From Candidatus Peribacteria bacterium (lineage in GTDB: Bacteria; Patescibacteriota; Gracilibacteria; Absconditabacterales; Absconditicoccaceae): a DNA stretch of 32,000 nucleotides. The stretch lies in assembly GCA_023898485.1 (NCBI GenBank), contig CP060225.1, forward strand, positions 412,824-444,823, given 5' to 3'. Of this stretch, positions 27,926-32,000 are shown piece by piece. The notes below the pieces were generated by a model. It saw only the letters and a program-made list of their open reading frames with translations. It did no database searches and had not been told where the DNA came from. Position numbers and translations under genes: made by a program. The first letter of the stretch is position 1; every line of letters begins with the position of its first letter.

Positions 27926-28699
27926 ATGCTCCTATCATCTTTTCTCTCCTCCATCGGCATGTCCGACAAAGAAATCGATATCTATCGCACCGTCGTTGAG
28001 CGCCACAAAACGACACCCGCCATCGTCGCAGAACAGTTGGGTCGTGAGAGGACGTCCACCTACAAGATGATGAAAAATATGGTCTGATCAGGGTTTTTGA
28101 GTACCACCCATGAGCATGGGACGACATTTTTCTTGGCAGTAGATCTTGCTATCCTCCAGCAGCGTTTCGAAACTCAACGCCAATCACTCAATACGATTGC
28201 AGACTCCTACGACGACATCCTCCACGAATACGAGTCAATCCAGAGTGCGCATCAGTTCCGTACGAGTATCCGTCTTCTCTCGGGTACGTCTAGCATCCGC
28301 TATGCATACCACACGATGAGCGAGATCATAGCACGTGAGTGACTTCGCTATATCACATGCATAGCTAGTCATACCCTGGACATGATGAGTGGTGGTGATC
28401 CTGTGTTGCAAGAGCTCTATAGCGGATTCTTCTCATCACTCCACGATCAAAAAATCACCGTCTCCAGCCACCTGGGCCAATGACTCTGACTGATGGAAAG
28501 ACTCCAGCATGCCCTGACACTCGACGCGATCTCCGAGATGCCCTACGCCAACAGTGCGACCCACGTACGGATAGTCGGGTATGATATTTTTCTCCTCCTC
28601 TTCACGGCCGATCCACAAGTCATCCATATCCACAGCCCTCAAGTTGCGGGCCTCCTGATGTTCGTTGCTGAACAATTAGAAAAGGAGGGAAAATCATAA
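27926..28699 (+). CDS. TrmB-family (winged-helix) transcriptional regulator
   Basis: MLLSSFLSSIGMSDKEIDIYRTVVERHKTTPAIVAEQLGRERTSTYKMMKNMV[G]SGFL.. is a TrmB-type N-terminal wHTH. Four in-frame TGAs join track ORFs 28097..28342 and 28493..28699 in one frame. TAA stop at 28697-28699. Confidence 0.7.
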
Positions 28700-28729
28700 T
28701 CCCGTAAACTCGTATGCTTGTATACCTCC

Positions 28730-30976
28730 CTAAATAAGTGGTGCCGCAAACTCTTCTATCTTCTCTGTGACATCTGCTTGCTTGGAGACTGCTTCCTTTG
28801 CCTCAGCGATCGAACGTGAGTATTTGCTACGTGAAATTTCGTACAATTCTTGGATATAAGTCGGTGATATTTTCGCGTCAGGTGTGTAGAGCGTCTTGAG
28901 TGAGAAAGGATCCTTGACCTGACCCTGGATGATCGTCTTGCAGTATAGTTCACGTATATTGAGATTGGCAATATCGTAGTCATCTACAAAGGGTGAGAAG
29001 TGCTGTTTCATATAGATCGCATCCTCCGACGATATTCTAAAACTCATCAGCGTACCCACGTTTCCAAACAGTGATTCAGACAGCTTGGTCGGTATCTGCC
29101 TGATGAACTGGTGTGCGACAGACAGACCTAGTCCGTACTTACGCGCTTCGGAGAGGATCTCGTTAAACGTGTCGGTAGCAAAGTTTTGAAACTCATCCAC
29201 ATAGAGGAAAAAGGGGATACGCTCCGACTTGGACAAATTTTGTCTACTCATCGATGCTTGGAAGATCTTGGTCACGAACATTGCTCCCAAAAAGCCCATG
29301 ATATCTTCTTGAAGTTTGCCTTTGGGGAGTTTGACAAGGAGGATTTTGGATTCATCCATCATCTCACGGAAATCAAGTTTATTGTCAGGAGAGGCGAAGA
29401 TATTTTTGAGGATGTCGATACTGAGCAGCTGACCTACTTTATTCAAGATCGGCATGATAGCCTCCGTATTGAACTGCTGTGACCGACCTGCAAATTCATT
29501 GGTCCAGAAGTTGCGCACGACGTCATCATTGATAGAGTCGATCATATCATAGCGGAAATCTTTGTCTGTCAGCGCACGGATGATGTCAAACAGTGTCGAA
29601 TTCGGTTTGTCAAGGAGCGCTAAGAAGATCATACGAAGTACATGTTCCAGTTTTGCATTCCAGTTGGAGCCAAAAAATTTATTGAAGATATCGATAAATC
29701 ACTTCGCCAAAATTTGTTTGGACTCCGTCTCTTTAACATCCAGCGGATTGAGACAAAAAGGATATTCTTCATCCGTCGGATCGAAGATAATCACATCATC
29801 TTTGCGTTCAGGTGGAATGTGAGTGATAAGCTCACTGATCAGATCTCCATGTGGATCAATCACACCGATACCTTTGCCTGCTTGGATATCGCGAATCATC
29901 AGCGACAGGAGAAACTTCGATTTACCCGTACCAGTCTTACCCACGACGTAGGTATGTCTCAGTCTATCCTCATCATAGACCGCGAGTGGCACACGAGTCG
30001 AGCGATAGTCTGAGATACCCAGTGGAGTCATCTCACGAGGTACGTTGACAGGCACGATCTCACCGTTTTCCAGTGTCTTATGAGGTAGTGACGGAACTCC
30101 AACAGGGACACCGAGCTTCTTGCTCTTCACCGTCAGAAGAGAAGTTTCTGTATCAGGACGCGCAGGGAAGTGAAATATTTCTGCTATCTCATGGCTCGTC
30201 AGGTTGATAGGTGCCCGATTACCATCACCTTTAAGGAGAGTTTTGAGTGCTCCAGTTCCCTTGGTCGTACGCAGGAGAAACTGATTATATGGAATATCCT
30301 TCAGTACCAAAAATTTATTAAATACCGATCTCAGTTTACCGAGCGCGATATCCTGTGTCGATGCTTGCGCGATGATCGCTATGCGAGTCGCGAAAAGTGG
30401 CTTAATACGCTTTTGTGCGAAGAATGCATGACCTTTCTTCTTCCATTCTTTGGGCAGGTTTCTCATCATCATATATTTGGGAAACTGCGCCCTGAGCATC
30501 CACCTAAACGCCCGATAATCAAATTTTTGACGCAAAAAATGAGTCAGACTCTCTGTCTGGAGCGGCGTAATTTGGACGATATAACTCACCTTCTCGGTAG
30601 CGATATCTACTCCTTCAAGTGATCTCAATATACTGTCAATAAAAGCACTATCATCATTCCTATCTTCTGCAAAAGGGAAAAATCCTCCATTCTCGAGATA
30701 GACTTCTCCTACAACTGTTTTGTTGCTCTCATAGTTCCAGATATTCTTATCATCGGGGACGATCTGAAAATCATTAAAATCTGTATAGAACTGACTCTCA
30801 AAACTTGCATATGTCGATGGACTCGCATCGAACGAGTACAGAAGCTCACCCTGATTGGCATGCAGACCGAACATCATGGTCTGATTGGTCATCGTTTTTT
30901 GGATATCATCGAGAAAATCTTGGAACGACGACTGCGTCTGACGAAAACCATGATATATCTTGATAAGATGAGTCAT
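28730..30976 (-). CDS. FtsK/HerA/VirD4(TraG/TraD)-superfamily P-loop ATPase (T4SS coupling-protein-like, no N-terminal TM segments)
   Basis: ~300-aa unique N-terminal domain, then ..HTYVVGKTGTGKSKFLLSLMIRD..GIGVIDPHGDL.. (Walker A) ..IPFFLYVDEFQNFAT (Walker B) ..YGLGLSVAHQFIRQ... A single in-frame TGA at 29699-29701 (..QILAK[G]FIDIFNKFF..) joins track ORFs 29699..30976 and 28730..29632. TAA stop. Confidence 0.8.
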
Positions 30977-31093
30977 CAGAAAAGAAGAAAAACAAACAAT
31001 ACAATAAGGTTTAGTATACAGATGATAAGTAAAAAATGCAAGAAAAGAGGCTGGTTTTTTACCTCCGTTATTGCATCATTACTATAGAAGTAG

Positions 31094-32000
31094 CTATTTC
31101 ACCCTAAAATGTTCCTTGAGTCTTTCTAACCAGTGTTTCCTCGGGAGTGGTAATCCATACTTGACGAGGAAATCGTATTCCATCTTGATCACTCTGTAGA
31201 CGTTTCACTGCTCATCTCTGATTACTTTTTTCAATATCGACGGATCTATGGTCCAGTCTCCATTATCATCAAATCATTCATAATTTCCAAGATCTGCGAC
31301 TTCCACCACATCCATCCACTCTGGGACATCGACAGCGATCGGTTCATCTCTTCGGAGGTATCATGCTGCAGTGACTTCTTCTTTGGTGAAAGTATCGTCT
31401 ATCAGGTAAGCAGCGGTGTCGTTGAAGTAGAAGGGATTCATAGAGCCAGGGAAAAACTTCCCAAGATCACCATCCTTTTCCATCTGAGTAAATATTTCGT
31501 CGACTTTATCATATCGTTCTTCTTTGGTGTATTGGCGATTGAAGATGCAGTAGGACTTGTTTTTAAGACCAATGCAGCCGAGGCAGTAGGAACAAGCATC
31601 CATATCAATACAATAAAAAAGATTATAACACTTATATCATCCGAACAGAAAACAATACAAATGGGACGAAAGTGTTCATGCCTGACATGTTGCATAAAAA
31701 TTATCTGAATCAATACCAATATCAATTCCATCATAAAAATTATTACTTCATGTATTTCATCATTCAAATAAAACAACATTCCTCGAATCTGCTACATCAA
31801 AAGCAAGATACCCATTAGTAACATTACGAGAATTATTAACACCCATACAATTATTCAAATCTTGAGATCAAATATTTTTCATATTAAATTTCGCAACATT
31901 TCACCACTGGTCAAAAGATGCCTTATCTTCCAAGATAGATATTTTTTTAGTCAGATAGTCTTCTTTTGCATATTGAACATTGGCGATGCAATATTGTTGA
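31094..32000 (-). CDS. Cys-rich zinc-ribbon repeat protein, paralog 2 (C-terminal ~300 codons; gene runs off the window end)
   Basis: ..QQYCIANVQYAKEDYLTKK.. ..MDACSYCLGCIGLKNKSYCIFNRQYTKEERY.. ..VYRVIKMEYDFLVKYGLPLPRKHWLERL.. is colinear with paralog 1 (second module plus the C-terminal FY/LPLPRKH motif). Many in-frame TGAs. TAG stop at 31094-31096. Confidence 0.7.

Overview
This 32 kb window comes from a genome that reads TGA as glycine (translation table 25), as in Absconditabacteria/SR1 or Gracilibacteria within Patescibacteria/CPR. The supplied standard-code ORF track is therefore heavily fragmented. Neighbouring same-frame fragments join through TGA codons into full-length proteins, and the TGAs fall on conserved Gly positions: SG-GG-RCN in an HI0933 flavoprotein, the DEAD-box Q-motif, and the YchF C-terminus. 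Every gene I could close ends in TAA or TAG, never TGA. Re-read by hand with TGA=Gly, the window is gene-dense, with about 34 CDS and 3 tRNAs. Housekeeping genes include a DEAD-box helicase, RumA-type and THUMP RNA methyltransferases, RNase J, YchF, a MurE-like ligase, HtpX, YqeY, and tRNA-Pro(GGG), tRNA-Leu(CAG) and tRNA-Leu(GAG). Envelope and redox genes include VKOR, DsbA, an HdeD-like protein, two tandem O-antigen-ligase-like paralogs, a lipoprotein and an Excalibur-domain protein. There is also a RelB/RelE toxin-antitoxin pair. An accessory-looking block holds a T4SS-pilin-like protein and a soluble FtsK/HerA/VirD4-type ATPase with a TrmB-like regulator, bracketed by two paralogous Cys-rich zinc-ribbon proteins. 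Items worth follow-up: (1) the recoding itself, including a TGA-TGA-TGA triplet inside the RelE toxin; (2) a hairpin-rich element inserted in frame into one O-antigen-ligase paralog, whose ~50-nt hairpin/pseudoknot module recurs in a 370-bp convergent intergenic region with a compensatory stem change; (3) a 20-bp tandem repeat (unit not a multiple of 3) inside the other paralog, a possible slipped-strand switch; (4) a family of near-identical intrinsic terminators behind three unrelated minus-strand genes; (5) the Cys-rich paralog, regulator and ATPase block with 16-nt-phased direct repeats in its divergent control region. All translations and coordinates were worked out by hand and may be off by a few nucleotides. 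No database searches were run.
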